Shown here piece after piece: positions 1-10,260 of a DNA stretch of 64,000 bases. The stretch's first letter is position 1, and every line of letters begins with the position of its first letter. The translations under genes were made by a program, and so were the position numbers. The stretch is from Phoronis australis (Eukaryota > Animalia > Phoronida): positions 329,850 to 393,849 of the forward strand of contig NMRA01000312.1 of assembly GCA_002633005.1 (NCBI GenBank), given 5' to 3'. The notes beneath the pieces were generated by a model that had not been told where the DNA came from, made no database searches, and was given only the letters and a program-made list of their open reading frames with translations.

Positions 1-90
1 TTGTGTGACTATAAGCAGGGTTCACAAAGAACTACTTTCACTGACCTTGCACGTCAATTTCAAAAGACCTATTGTGTGTGAACTATGTGA
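1..90. repeat. Dispersed repeat fragment; inverted copy at ~32470-32590
   Basis: gttcacaaagaactactttcactgaccttgcacgtcaatttcaaaagacctatt matches the reverse complement of 32488-32555 with scattered mismatches. Confidence 0.7.
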
Positions 91-351
91 GACTTCTGAG
101 CTTAAAATGGAAAAGAATAAAAGAAGCAGATTTAGGGGGGGAGGGGACATAACCAAAGAAGGGAAAAGAAAAAACAACGCGAGGATGCCACTTTCAAGAC
201 TTATGCGGACATTTCTCCTCTAAAAATTGTGGTCTGGGTTCCTCCCTTACAACACCTTTGACCTCATCACAAATACTGTCTTCAAGAAAAGAACGGTGCA
301 ACAATTCAAAGCCCTTCAAATCCTGTCTTGCTGAAATGTCTCGACAGTTAA

Positions 352-1762
352 GGTTATCTCCAACCTTATTTAGTGGCCTCCATTCTAACTTGTATATCAA
401 AAAAACTAAGCTTTGTCAACTAGTAAAAGTATATATTTTCTGAAATAACAAAGACCAGGAAATATATATATATATACATATCCTTTTTATATTTATAAGC
501 CATTATTATTTTTGAACGTAAAAACCTTTTTTAAGTCAAAATTTCATTTTTAAGAAAGGTACATTCATACCAAAATAACCCCTCGGTCGATTTTAATGCA
601 ACCTTTTTTTATTAAAAACTTCACCAGTTACATCAAAAACACTGTTAGGAATTTTCGATTAGTCTGTTCGTTTGGTTTCTTAGACAAATCAACTCATAAA
701 ATGTAGGGTATTGAAGTCATGTCCGTCTTTGTCACATTACGCAAAAACTTGGCCTTTATATCAAAAATCCTAACAGCGTTTTTGATGACTAAATATTATG
801 TTTGGGAAGTTTCAGCGAAATCCATCTGGCCGTTTTCGAGAACTAAGTGTTCCTAAGTTCAAACAAAGTTGATTTGCCAAAGCCGAGAAAAAGGCAATTA
901 AACTGGGACAAGTGAAAATCTCAAAGTCTTCGGTTAACTATTCGGTGAAAACTTGTTTTCGGTACACACAACCTATACAACCTAACTATGTTAGCTATTT
1001 CAACGTTCACTCGCAATGTCAACTGAGTTTGCAGTGCGTAACTAACTTAATTATCATTAAAACCTCAAATAGACGTATTGTTCCCAGCCAACTTTTACTG
1101 TTGTTTACGCCCTACTTTCTAAGTAGCTGGACACAGTTCATAGCCTGTACACGTCACGTGCTGGGAGACTGATACGAAACTAAGTAAGAAATGGATTACA
1201 AAAATCGAATCGGTGGTTAAAGTATGTCGTTAGCATGAGATCGAACATCGAAATATCAACTTAATAATTGAATTAAGGAATTAGGGTGAGGATTTATCTC
1301 TTTTCACAACTTTCTGTGTTCATGACCACAGAGGCCTGAGGCGACTCGTAGCATTCGTTTTCAATGCCAATGGTCGTATGCATGTAGACGCACAACTCCC
1401 TTAAGATCAAAACTTCGTTTTGTCTTTGTTTTCCCTCGCACCATTCCATCATAAGTACACCTCGTTGGCTCAATGTTATGGCGACTGTGAATGAAAGGAC
1501 TGAGGGTATATTAAGCTGTTCTGTACCTGGTGGGAGATTCGATTTAATTGAAAGCCCTTTAACCTTTGACCTTGGATAAGTAGTAAACATATATCCAGGA
1601 GGTTGTGCGGTTCCAAGGTGGTTCTGCTAAATCTTTTTTTTTCGCTATGCGGTACATATTTTGTATTTGAAGTTCCCCGAGAATGAAGATAAGGTATTTT
1701 GCTAGACACAAGTGAAATATTGTAGAAATGGCCAATTTTTATGAATAAGGTTGGAGATAACC
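352..1762. mobile_element. Non-autonomous TTAA-targeting DNA transposon (Kolobok-like)
   Basis: Perfect 19-bp TIR GGTTATCTCCAACCTTATT at 352 and its reverse complement ending at 1762; TTAA on both flanks (348-351, 1763-1766); GG..CC termini fit the Kolobok RR..YY rule. Confidence 0.8.
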
Positions 1763-1944
1763 TTAAAAAGCTGCATAGTTGTGTCAGGTAGCCCATACAT
1801 TTTCAACCATTATAAAACGTTATTCTTGAATACAATATTAATCATGGTTACTATGCCAGAAGTTTGAGTGGGACAAAAGTGTATTCACTTTAATTCTTTT
1901 TCACTTGCCTTAAACAACCCATCACATTATGCTGTGTACTTTAC

Positions 1945-2154
1945 CTGATCAGCCAACCATAACTCGGTTCCACTAAATGTCTTCCACCGGCGTGGTACTC
2001 GCTTCTTAGAATGTTTCAGTTCCTTCAGTTCAACTGAGTGTCGTGCCGTCTGGGCCTGTGTCAACAGATGATTCACTTCCTGCATAAGCAGACGATGTCT
2101 CAGGGTCTCAATGGCATGGTTACGCTCCAGGATTCCAAGCTTAAGATCCTTCAC
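1945..2154 (-). CDS. Gene A (uncharacterised coiled-coil protein), coding exon 7 (VKDLKLGILERNH...ELWLADQ)
   Basis: tttttgtcag acceptor, CAG|gtaaag donor, 210 nt, phase 0-0; reading through the donor gives a stop at 1927, so the true 3' end is unresolved. Confidence 0.75.
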
Positions 2155-2618
2155 CTGACAAAAATAAGGACACCATGATCTTAAAGTATAAGCATCAACA
2201 CTTCAAAAATTTGATTGGTTGACTGACAGATTGATTAAAACTAAGGCTCTAAAGGTTAAAACACCCAACCTTGTTGCCAACAAACTTAAAACAAAAACAC
2301 TTAGTCTAGTCAATACAAAGAAAGAAAGAAAAAACAAGACTGGATACGAAATGATTATTATGGTAAAAAAGATTGAATTGATTTTTTTCTGACACGCGGC
2401 AATTATGAGTTTACAGCAAATACAAAAGGCAAAACATGAGTCGCGTAAACAAGTGTCAAACTTAAGTGCATCTGAGCAGTACGGAAACAAGCCATTCAAA
2501 AGTGAAAATCGAAGGTCGAGCTTTCAGTCAAACATAGGCATTAACCAGAATGGATTCGGTACTTTCTTGTTTGTTGGACATGTTATGTGGGATACATTTC
2601 AACAAAACATGAACTCAC

Positions 2619-2780
2619 GTGTTCGTTAAGTTTCGTCACATAGCCCTGCATGTGATCAATGTGACTGCATGGTGGGGGGTTCGTCAACTCCTGTGAAACG
2701 TTGGCTCGCATGTCTTGCAGTGCCTGCAGGAGTTCAGTCTCCTTCAAACAATGTTTGGTCTGCGATACGTCTGCCTCAGT
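2619..2780 (-). CDS. Gene A coding exon 6 (TEADVSQTKHCLKE...YVTKLNEH)
   Basis: atttccag acceptor, gtgagt donor, 162 nt, phase 0-0, open frame. Confidence 0.8.
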
Positions 2781-3189
2781 CTGGAAATATTTTACAACAG
2801 CTTGTACTGTGCAGCTTACAAACAGATGAAATGTCTGCACAATGCAATCATTCAAGTAGTCGCATAGCACCTTTATCCTACCGGCCCCTGCATTTAGGTG
2901 AAAGCATCCTGTTCCCACTTTATTCAGGCACTAAAAAGAGGACCCTTTCTTTGATAACACCTTATAGCAACTATCAAGTTGTCTGTTCCTAATTGCCTTT
3001 GCACACTGCAGCTTAACACGCGTGACAATTCCACAATGCAAGAATACAAACTTATTGGTGTTTCGTTACACAAAACACTCACGAGACACTTGCGGTGAGA
3101 AATCTGGGCTTGTAGAATAGAAATAGCATTTTTACTTTACGTTAGTAGTTTGCTTTCATTATTCAAAAGCCTCACCATCTAATCATTTC

Positions 3190-3552
3190 AGTGCTCACCA
3201 CTTTGCAAGTCAAGTTAGTTACAGCACACATCACGAATATTTGCCCAACGAAAAATAATTAGGCCAGACGGCTACTTTGTGAAAAGCACGGCCAAAGATT
3301 CGTGATGTGTACCAAGCTTACTTGCAAAACACTTGCACGAAAGTTTGTCTAACATTTCGACAAAATAGCCGACTGGTCGCTAATTTTTTGCCGGACACAC
3401 ATTCATGATGTGTGCTATACCGAGCTTACTTGGAAAACTCTTACACAAAACTTTGTCTGACATTCCGCAAAATAGCTGACTGGTCGATAATTTTTCATCG
3501 GACAAATATTTGTGATGAGTGCTGTACCAAGTTCACTTACAAAACACTTGCT
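3190..3552. repeat. Degenerate fold-back repeat: ~115-bp units, one inverted relative to 2-3 direct copies
   Basis: 3220-3290 is the reverse complement of 3462-3530; direct copies at ~3300-3415 and ~3415-3550. Confidence 0.55.
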
Positions 3553-3838
3553 TCTCCGTCACATTTGGTGAGGTCATGCTTGATCTTTCTTTTCATTTGA
3601 AAAATTTTGCACAGCGATGCTCGATTTCTCACAAGTAATGTGCTCTACGGAACGTTTCAATCCTCCAGTTGTGACCACATTTGAAGGGTTACAATGCCCA
3701 AACATCCCAGAAGCCGTATTGTTGCAAGTATGGGCATCTTGAGCAGGGTAATTTTGCGAAAATTTTTTTTGCTTACTCCAATAATAACCTTGCCATATGA
3801 TCAAGCAAGTGACTGCTTATAACATTACCCAATTATAC

Positions 3839-4079
3839 CTCGAGTCTTTTCTTCTCTGCCGCCAGGGAATCCCCATACTCTTGCAGTTCAAGGACTCTCT
3901 TCCACAGTTCGTTCACGGACAGGGACAAGTTAAGCATATCTGGTGACACGGGTCTGCGGGACCTTTCCAGTTCCTCCGTGTTCTGCTGGAGTCGCTCGAT
4001 CTCTTCTTGCAGACGCAGGACATCTGCATCCCTGCCCTGCAGTTGCAGGCTTAATTCTGAATTCTTGTGTTCTAATATA
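3839..4079 (-). CDS. Gene A coding exon 5, coiled-coil (ILEHKNSELSLQLQGRDADVLRLQEEIERLQQ...AAEKKRLE)
   Basis: ttttcttgcag acceptor, GAG|gtata donor, 241 nt, phase 2-0, heptad L/E/Q pattern; this frame is not shown in the ORF track. Confidence 0.85.
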
Positions 4080-4463
4080 CTGCAAGAAAATGCAAAAGAC
4101 TTGAATTACGATGAATGCAAACAAGCTGATTGCAATACACCAAGTAATAAACAAAGTTTAGTGAACAACTTATTTTTCAAAAAGTAATTCTAGTCAAACG
4201 ACAGGAATGCAGAATTTTCAACTTCAACTTACTCATATAACTATTTTGAGTCAAAAACAAAGATGTCATGACCAAAAGCCATGTTAATGCACCTTGTCCA
4301 TTTAGAGATCAGACAAAAAATTCACAGTAAGAGATCCAAAAAGAGTGAGGATTGCTTTAATGATTACTTTTTAATAGAAACACAGCCCCAGAAATTGCTT
4401 CCACAATGAATATATCTAGGTTCTCATTTATTCTCTTGCATACATTCACTAGTACAGCTGAGG

Positions 4464-4516
4464 TCAGAGGAGTAGGAGACACTTTTGTGCAATGCTCGAC
4501 TGTCTACCAGTAAAGC
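4464..4516 (-). mobile_element. Body of a tRNA-derived SINE, separated from its head (6859-6930) by an insertion
   Basis: tcagaggagtaggagacac...gtaaagc aligns with the uninterrupted copy at 63569-63693. Confidence 0.7.
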
Positions 4517-6858
4517 CAGGCTTCGACATAATGAGCTGCAGGTTGCATTTGCGACCTGAAATTTGGAAATGCAAGCTGAGATTTTTGTCAGCTCGTATCA
4601 AGTCGCAAAATGCGACCTGGAATTTCCAACGAATGCGAGCGGAGTTTTTACTCTTTTCGGCAGATACCTGGCAAATGTAAAGCAACTCTTGTTAATCCGA
4701 CCATTATTTGGTTGCTGCCAAATCCAAGTTCAAAAGAACACTAACCTAGAACAGCCCTCCTGATGACTTGTAAGCAAGTCGCGTGAACATGGGATATGCA
4801 GAATCGATCTTTGATGCATTTCATTGGCTAACATTTTCGGCCACTTTTGCAAATTTCCGGATTCGCCGAAGAAAGTTTTGGGTAACTGCATAAAACGTGA
4901 TAAAACGTCACCAAACAGCGGTGTTTCTACTAATTCGTAAGTGATCAATTTACCAAACTTTGTGGTGGACAAATATGTTGATATATGCATGCCACTATTG
5001 AATACAATTATTTTTCGCGTAAGATGTCCTTATTTCATGTACCAAATATCCACGACAATATCCCTGATATTGCACTGTGGCACTGGTCAGTCCCGTTGTT
5101 AGCGCGCAAGTGGTCCCGGCAGACAATCGTGACTTACAGATGTGAGTCTCGTTTTTATCGCACAAGACAGCCAAAGTGAAAATAACCCAATTAATCGCCA
5201 AACGACGGCCACGTCTTTACTTTCAGTTGCCAAGAAATTCTCAAACCCTTTACTTGTTTCTGGGGCTACGTGCATGAATTGTCTTTCACACGTTGTTGCC
5301 AACGTAAAGTGTAAGCCTACTCCAGCAATTCAAGTGTGTGAACTCACGCGTGCGCACCAGTTCAAAGCTGCACATCAAAAGAGAACAGTGCTAAATGAAA
5401 GAGTGTACCGGCTTGGCTCTGTTAAGCACCCGGGTGCCAGTGGTTTATTTGAAAATGAACCCATAGATTCCCAGCGGTAATAAAAGACCCGAAGCCTTAC
5501 GGTATTCCCCGGGACCGATATAACCCAGAACCAATATTTTCCTGTCCCCATGTTTCCCAAGGTCAGGGTTCCCAGTAAACCCTATATTCTATGCCCGTAG
5601 CCAGCTATTGCAACTGAACAGGTAGTAGATGCAAAATCGTGGTTAGCAAACTTTTATATAATACAACCCCCCGCGGGCAACTTTTGCTCCCCAGACCACC
5701 GTTGCTGTAAAATTTCAGACTCCAATACAAAAAATCTTGTTCCGGCTGAAGCGGGCAATTAAAAACAAAATTATTTCAGGTGGCTAAAAAGGTACAGTGT
5801 AGGTGGTAACGATATAGAAAAAGTCACCCCAACTATATGGAGTCTGCCTCGCAAAATGGTATTATTAGAACGTTTCTTACCATTGCAGTCTTAATATCTA
5901 ATTACAGCACACTCAGGTTAATGACTATGCTCACGCACAAGCCTTCTCCTTACCTTTGAAGTGTTTCATAATAAGCGCTCACTGATCTAATAAGCGTTCC
6001 CCCTCAACTTTTGAGAATTTCCAATTAAGCGCCCACAGCTCAGGCTAGCGCCCATCATAGCACATTACAATTGACACGCAGCCTATATGGTGTGTCACTC
6101 TCATTTTACACAACAAATTCAGTTTTCAAAAAACATCTTTTCTCAATATATAAAAACTAAATCCCGGCTTTGTTTTGCTATTCATTTCATGGAAAACTAA
6201 TTGTTGAGTACGTAAACAGCATATGTACCACATTTTTGTAGTGAAATTTGCACTGAATTGTTCCAGCACATCCAAATAGGTCATTCGGTTAGGGCATCGT
6301 TTCACAGACTTTTTTTCGACTGATGTTTTTCAAACGTAGAGTTAAGTTGCAAAATTTGGGCTGCAAACAAAAAGTGGAGGGAATTTGCACTCTGAATTAG
6401 TTTGAACCTTTAACGACTTTGATGACAGCTGCCAGTAGCAGGTCAGACCCAGGGAAATCCCGGATACTTTTTTTAATAGGCATTTTCTCGCTTTTCACAT
6501 CGCAAACTTCGCTACTCGAATGCATGAGTCACTTAGAGAGCACTGATTCAAGTTTCACGTCGGCAACTTGGTTTGCGCTCCAGAGCCTTTCAATGGCGGT
6601 CGTGAAGAACAGTAACGTCGCTCCTGCATGAACAAAGTCAATTTTGCGATCTGCAATTTGTGAGTATTTAATGCTGCAGGTAAGAGCATAATCTAAAAAT
6701 TTTCACGATCATCTAAAAATCTATTTTGGCGCGTATAAATGCCGTGAAAATTTTGCGACCTGGCATTTATGAATGTGAGCTGGATTTTGAAAATGTGACC
6801 TGGGATTTTGACTAGGTCGCAAAATGCGACCTGGCAATTTTAATAGCGCCGAGCCCTG
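4517..6858. mobile_element. Non-autonomous hAT-like element with CAGG TIRs and a 5-bp TSD (hAT5-like); contains nested fragments
   Basis: Left end caggcttcgacata...caggttgcatttgcgacct versus reverse-complemented right end cagggctcggcgct...caggtcgcattttgcgacct; AAAGC duplicated at 4512-4516 and 6859-6863; repeated tgcgacctg subterminal motifs. Confidence 0.75.
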
Positions 6859-6930
6859 AAAGCCAAGATTCGAACCCGGGTCTCCCAAAAGACAGTGCGG
6901 AGCTCAAACCACTGAGCCACACTGTCTCTT
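6859..6930 (-). mobile_element. tRNA-derived SINE head (Pol III A and B boxes)
   Basis: Minus strand reads TGGCTCAGTGG (A box) ... GGTTCGAATC (B box); same family as 63569-63693. Confidence 0.75.
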
Positions 6931-7146
6931 GAAAGCTACACAAGGTGTAAACAGTTAAACAGCAATTTAAAGTCTTTTTAAGGTAAGTATTAGCAAGTTA
7001 AGTTTTCTTATTGTTATATGACAACAGTCAGGTTGAGTACTAACATTGATTGCTCCCACGAGTAGTTTTGCAACTGCATGCAAAACTTTGTTTATTGTAG
7101 TCGGATTTTTACTATGACTTTGTCACGGGACATGACAGACTTTTAC

Positions 7147-7780
7147 CTGAATGAGTCGAGCCGACTGTCAATACTGGTGGTCTCGTCCACCAATTCCTTT
7201 TTTGATTGGCTGAGAATGGTCTCCTCCACATCCAAGTAAGGATTGACACCGATGCCTTCTGGCGTCACATCATGGTCGAAACTGAAGCTCTTGGTCATTG
7301 AGTCTTTGACCGTTGTCCACTGGTTGTCACTGCTGACAAAGCCTTTCTTGATCTCCCATTCTCGGAGACGTTTGGCAAACTCATCTGACAGTCGATCCAC
7401 TGAAGGATCGCTGCTATCCAGTGATTCCTGCTTATTCCGTTTCTTGTTTTTGTTCCGCATGAGCGGATGGTCTCTGGTCTGCTTCGGTTTATCTTTTTTC
7501 TGTTTTTGTTTCGGTTGCGTCGTGTTTGTTTTCTCTTTCTCCGCCTCGCTTTTACGATCCAGCGACTGACTTCGTTCGCCTTTTTGTTTTTGATATTTCT
7601 TCCGTTCCCAATCTTCTAGTTTACGGCTAAAGCTTTCACTCAGATTTTTCTGCAAGTCCTCAATATTCGTTGGCAGCTGGTCAGCAAACGATGCACGTGC
7701 CACAGGGTTTGCTCCAGGAGACGAGGGGGCACTGAAATCACGCCTCGGCGAACGAGGACTTCTCGATAATCTGTTGATTG
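7147..7780 (-). CDS. Gene A coding exon 4 (K/E/Q-rich, two F-x-x-[KR]L-x-[ED]WE motifs)
   Basis: tgtctttcag acceptor, AG|gtaaaa donor, 634 nt, phase 1-2; overlaps ORF 7143-7703. Confidence 0.85.
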
Positions 7781-8304
7781 CTGAAAGACAGTAGCTGTGT
7801 GATGCGACAGTGTCTAACTGTTAAGATTCTCTTTAACCTTCAAAATCAGAGCATTTAAAGCACATTTCTTCTTCTAGCATTTGAAAGGTGAAAGCAAAAC
7901 CATGGTAATAAAAGCTACACTGAAATATGAAACAGTAACACACACAAAACTAGTAGTTTTGGACAAAAGCTAGAAGGAAAATTTTAAAAACAACAGGTCA
8001 GCATTGTTTTTGTGTTAAACTTGAATCCTGGGATTGTGGCTTTTTGCAATAACATCAGACTTCAGAGAATAAATGCATTTGGAATAAAATCTGCAAGCCG
8101 TTCAACAAGCTAGAACCATAGCAATCATAAAACCTCCATCCTATCCAAGGACAAAACATATTCTGTAAGGCAGCATTTGAATAAAAAACTAAAAATTAAC
8201 AACAAATAATATAAAGTGCAAAGGAAATCACAAACAAAAAATAATCAAGTTTAAGGAAATTTACAAATTCTATTTTTATGAAATTGTATTCAGTAGAAAC
8301 ATAC

Positions 8305-8412
8305 CTTTTCCTTTGATCCTTTCCCATTCCTCCATCTTCTTGGCGAAGTCGTCGCTGATATTTGCGTGAAGCGAGTCAATATGAGTGAAGTTTTCGGCAG
8401 AATCTATAATAT
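8305..8412 (-). CDS. Gene A coding exon 3 (IIDSAENFTHIDSLHANISDDFAKKMEEWERIKGK)
   Basis: ttttgtatag acceptor, G|gtatg donor, 108 nt, phase 1-1. Confidence 0.8.
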
Positions 8413-8544
8413 CTATACAAAACAAAAATGAGACCAACTAAGTCAAGCTCTGAACAATAAAACTGTCTTGCGACTTCCCAAAACTGGATTGAGATGGTCA
8501 TGCAATCTAAAATCTCTTGATCTATTTACGCTAGCTTACATGTA

Positions 8545-8705
8545 TTTATTTTGGCATGACGTTTCGGCCAATCACTTGTCTGGTCTTCTTCAGGCAAGGG
8601 TATCTGATACACTCATCGAATCGACACTTACTGGTGGAGAGCGGGCTTTGAACCTGGGACCTTTCAGTTGTCAGTGTAGCACTCTCCCAAAAGCTGTGCT
8701 GATGC
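8545..8705 (-). mobile_element. tRNA-headed short element with a Penelope-type minimal hammerhead ribozyme core
   Basis: Minus strand: degenerate A box, GAAAGGTCCCAGGTTCAAAGCCC (B box/T arm), then CTGAAGA-A-GACCAG-loop-TTGGCC-GAAA-CGTC, then AATAAA. Confidence 0.55.
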
Positions 8706-10106
8706 CAATAGGCCAAGAAATTTTAAACATGATGTTAAAAACATGAATCTTGAAGACCGCTTTCAGTCGTGAGAAATAAAAGACCATTTCCACTAATATG
8801 TGGCAGGCAAATTTTGATAGAACATCCCTTTCATAACTGGAAGCATTTTTTAGCCTACCTGCATGTCAACGCCGAGAATGGTCTGGTGTAGATAGAAATT
8901 GTTTTCTATTCTAGAATGTAAATTTTTGACATATCTTGTTCAGTCGAGTAACCTGCAGGGATATTCCTGACCAGGTTTGAACCTGTGCCCTTAGGGTGCA
9001 CCTGATGATAAAAGTGCTTTTTTTCAAAAAGTTGTGCCTAGCAGACTTTGTCTAATTAAAGTGGTAACATATAGAACAGAAACCCCGAGGGCAATCGAAA
9101 TAAGAACTGTTATCAGACTGGCTGTAAGTTTACTTGAACCTTGCATTTTTGGAAGATGCGCTTGGGGGAGAACTGTTGCAATGTACTTGGGCCTTTTTAT
9201 TTTTTTGTGCGCTAATGGTACAATGGCACAGTCTAGGAATATCCCTGAACCTGGTATGTACAATAATTTGTGTTTTAAGTCATGTCCGCACTAGGAATAA
9301 CCCTATAAAAACTTGACCCCGTTCAATCTAGCCTCAACACTGCACACTCTAAACCCTAAACCCTGAGATAAATATGGCGCAAAAATGATTAGACACCCTA
9401 TGAGTATATTTGGTAACTGAGCAAGTTCACATCTGGCAATATACTGCATTGTCTGTAGATGTGTCCACACTACAATGTGTGCAGGAGCAAGCTACCATAC
9501 GAGATACCCTACCGTAATATTGAATGGTATAATTCAAAAACACCAATGTTAAACTCATATATCTCCTGAAAGCTGAGGCCAGAAAACAATCATTAACATT
9601 TTTGTGTGTATTTAGTATTTACCGGAAATTCATAAGAGGGTAACTAAATCTGTTCTCCCTTAGGAAACTGCAAATTGACCTTCAAAAGACACCACTAAAC
9701 TAACCGTGAAAGGTGAATGCGATGATTACCCTACGATTCTTGCAGAAAATAACCTCAACCATAAAACACATGAAGGGTCATCTATTCCAGTAACTCACAT
9801 GCTCTTTCCAAGTTTTATTCAGATGAACGATATTTTTAGCTTCCAGTAAACAAAACCTTCTTATGACACAGATGAAATAGCAAATGTTCATTAATACATT
9901 TTTGAAGAGCCAAACATCTGAAACCACTGACAGCCACTGAAAGTTTTTTTAAGGAAAAAATACATTCCCTGAAGATACACAACCAAGCTAAATTTCATCA
10001 AGCTTGGTCAAGTGTACTACTTGAATGTTTCTTATTTCATTTTTTCTCTTAGCTTGAACTTTCTTTCTCACTAACCATCACACATATAGCTTGAAAAGAA
10101 TAATTA

Positions 10107-10260
10107 CCATACTCATCCCGGTTATCGCCCATGCTCGGCTTACCGCCCACCCCATTTTTTAGATTCCCAATTTAAGCGCCCTGGGCGGTAGGTAGTACTC
10201 CGCCCCTCAGGCGATAATTCTCCAAAATCCACTGGGGCTCTAGATAACGGGGGATAATGA
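10107..10260. mobile_element. Degenerate small MITE (Tc1/pogo-like, taagcgccc family); related fragments at ~5950-6060, ~17540 and ~28486-28530
   Basis: Imperfect inverted ends (catcccggttatc / gataacggggat) and shared taagcgccc/gggcgctta motifs. Confidence 0.4.

Noticed and set aside
1294-1590. 98-aa ORF as a confident terminal exon of gene A
   Set aside because: It lies inside a TIR/TTAA-bounded transposon and has a purine-rich acceptor
6859-6930. Functional tRNA gene (also 8643-8705 and 63620-63693)
   Set aside because: A/B boxes are present but there is no complete cloverleaf, and they are attached to repeat bodies, so they are SINE heads
8859-8910. Possible extra cassette exon of gene A
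   Set aside because: Candidate acceptors give a stop or an incompatible phase
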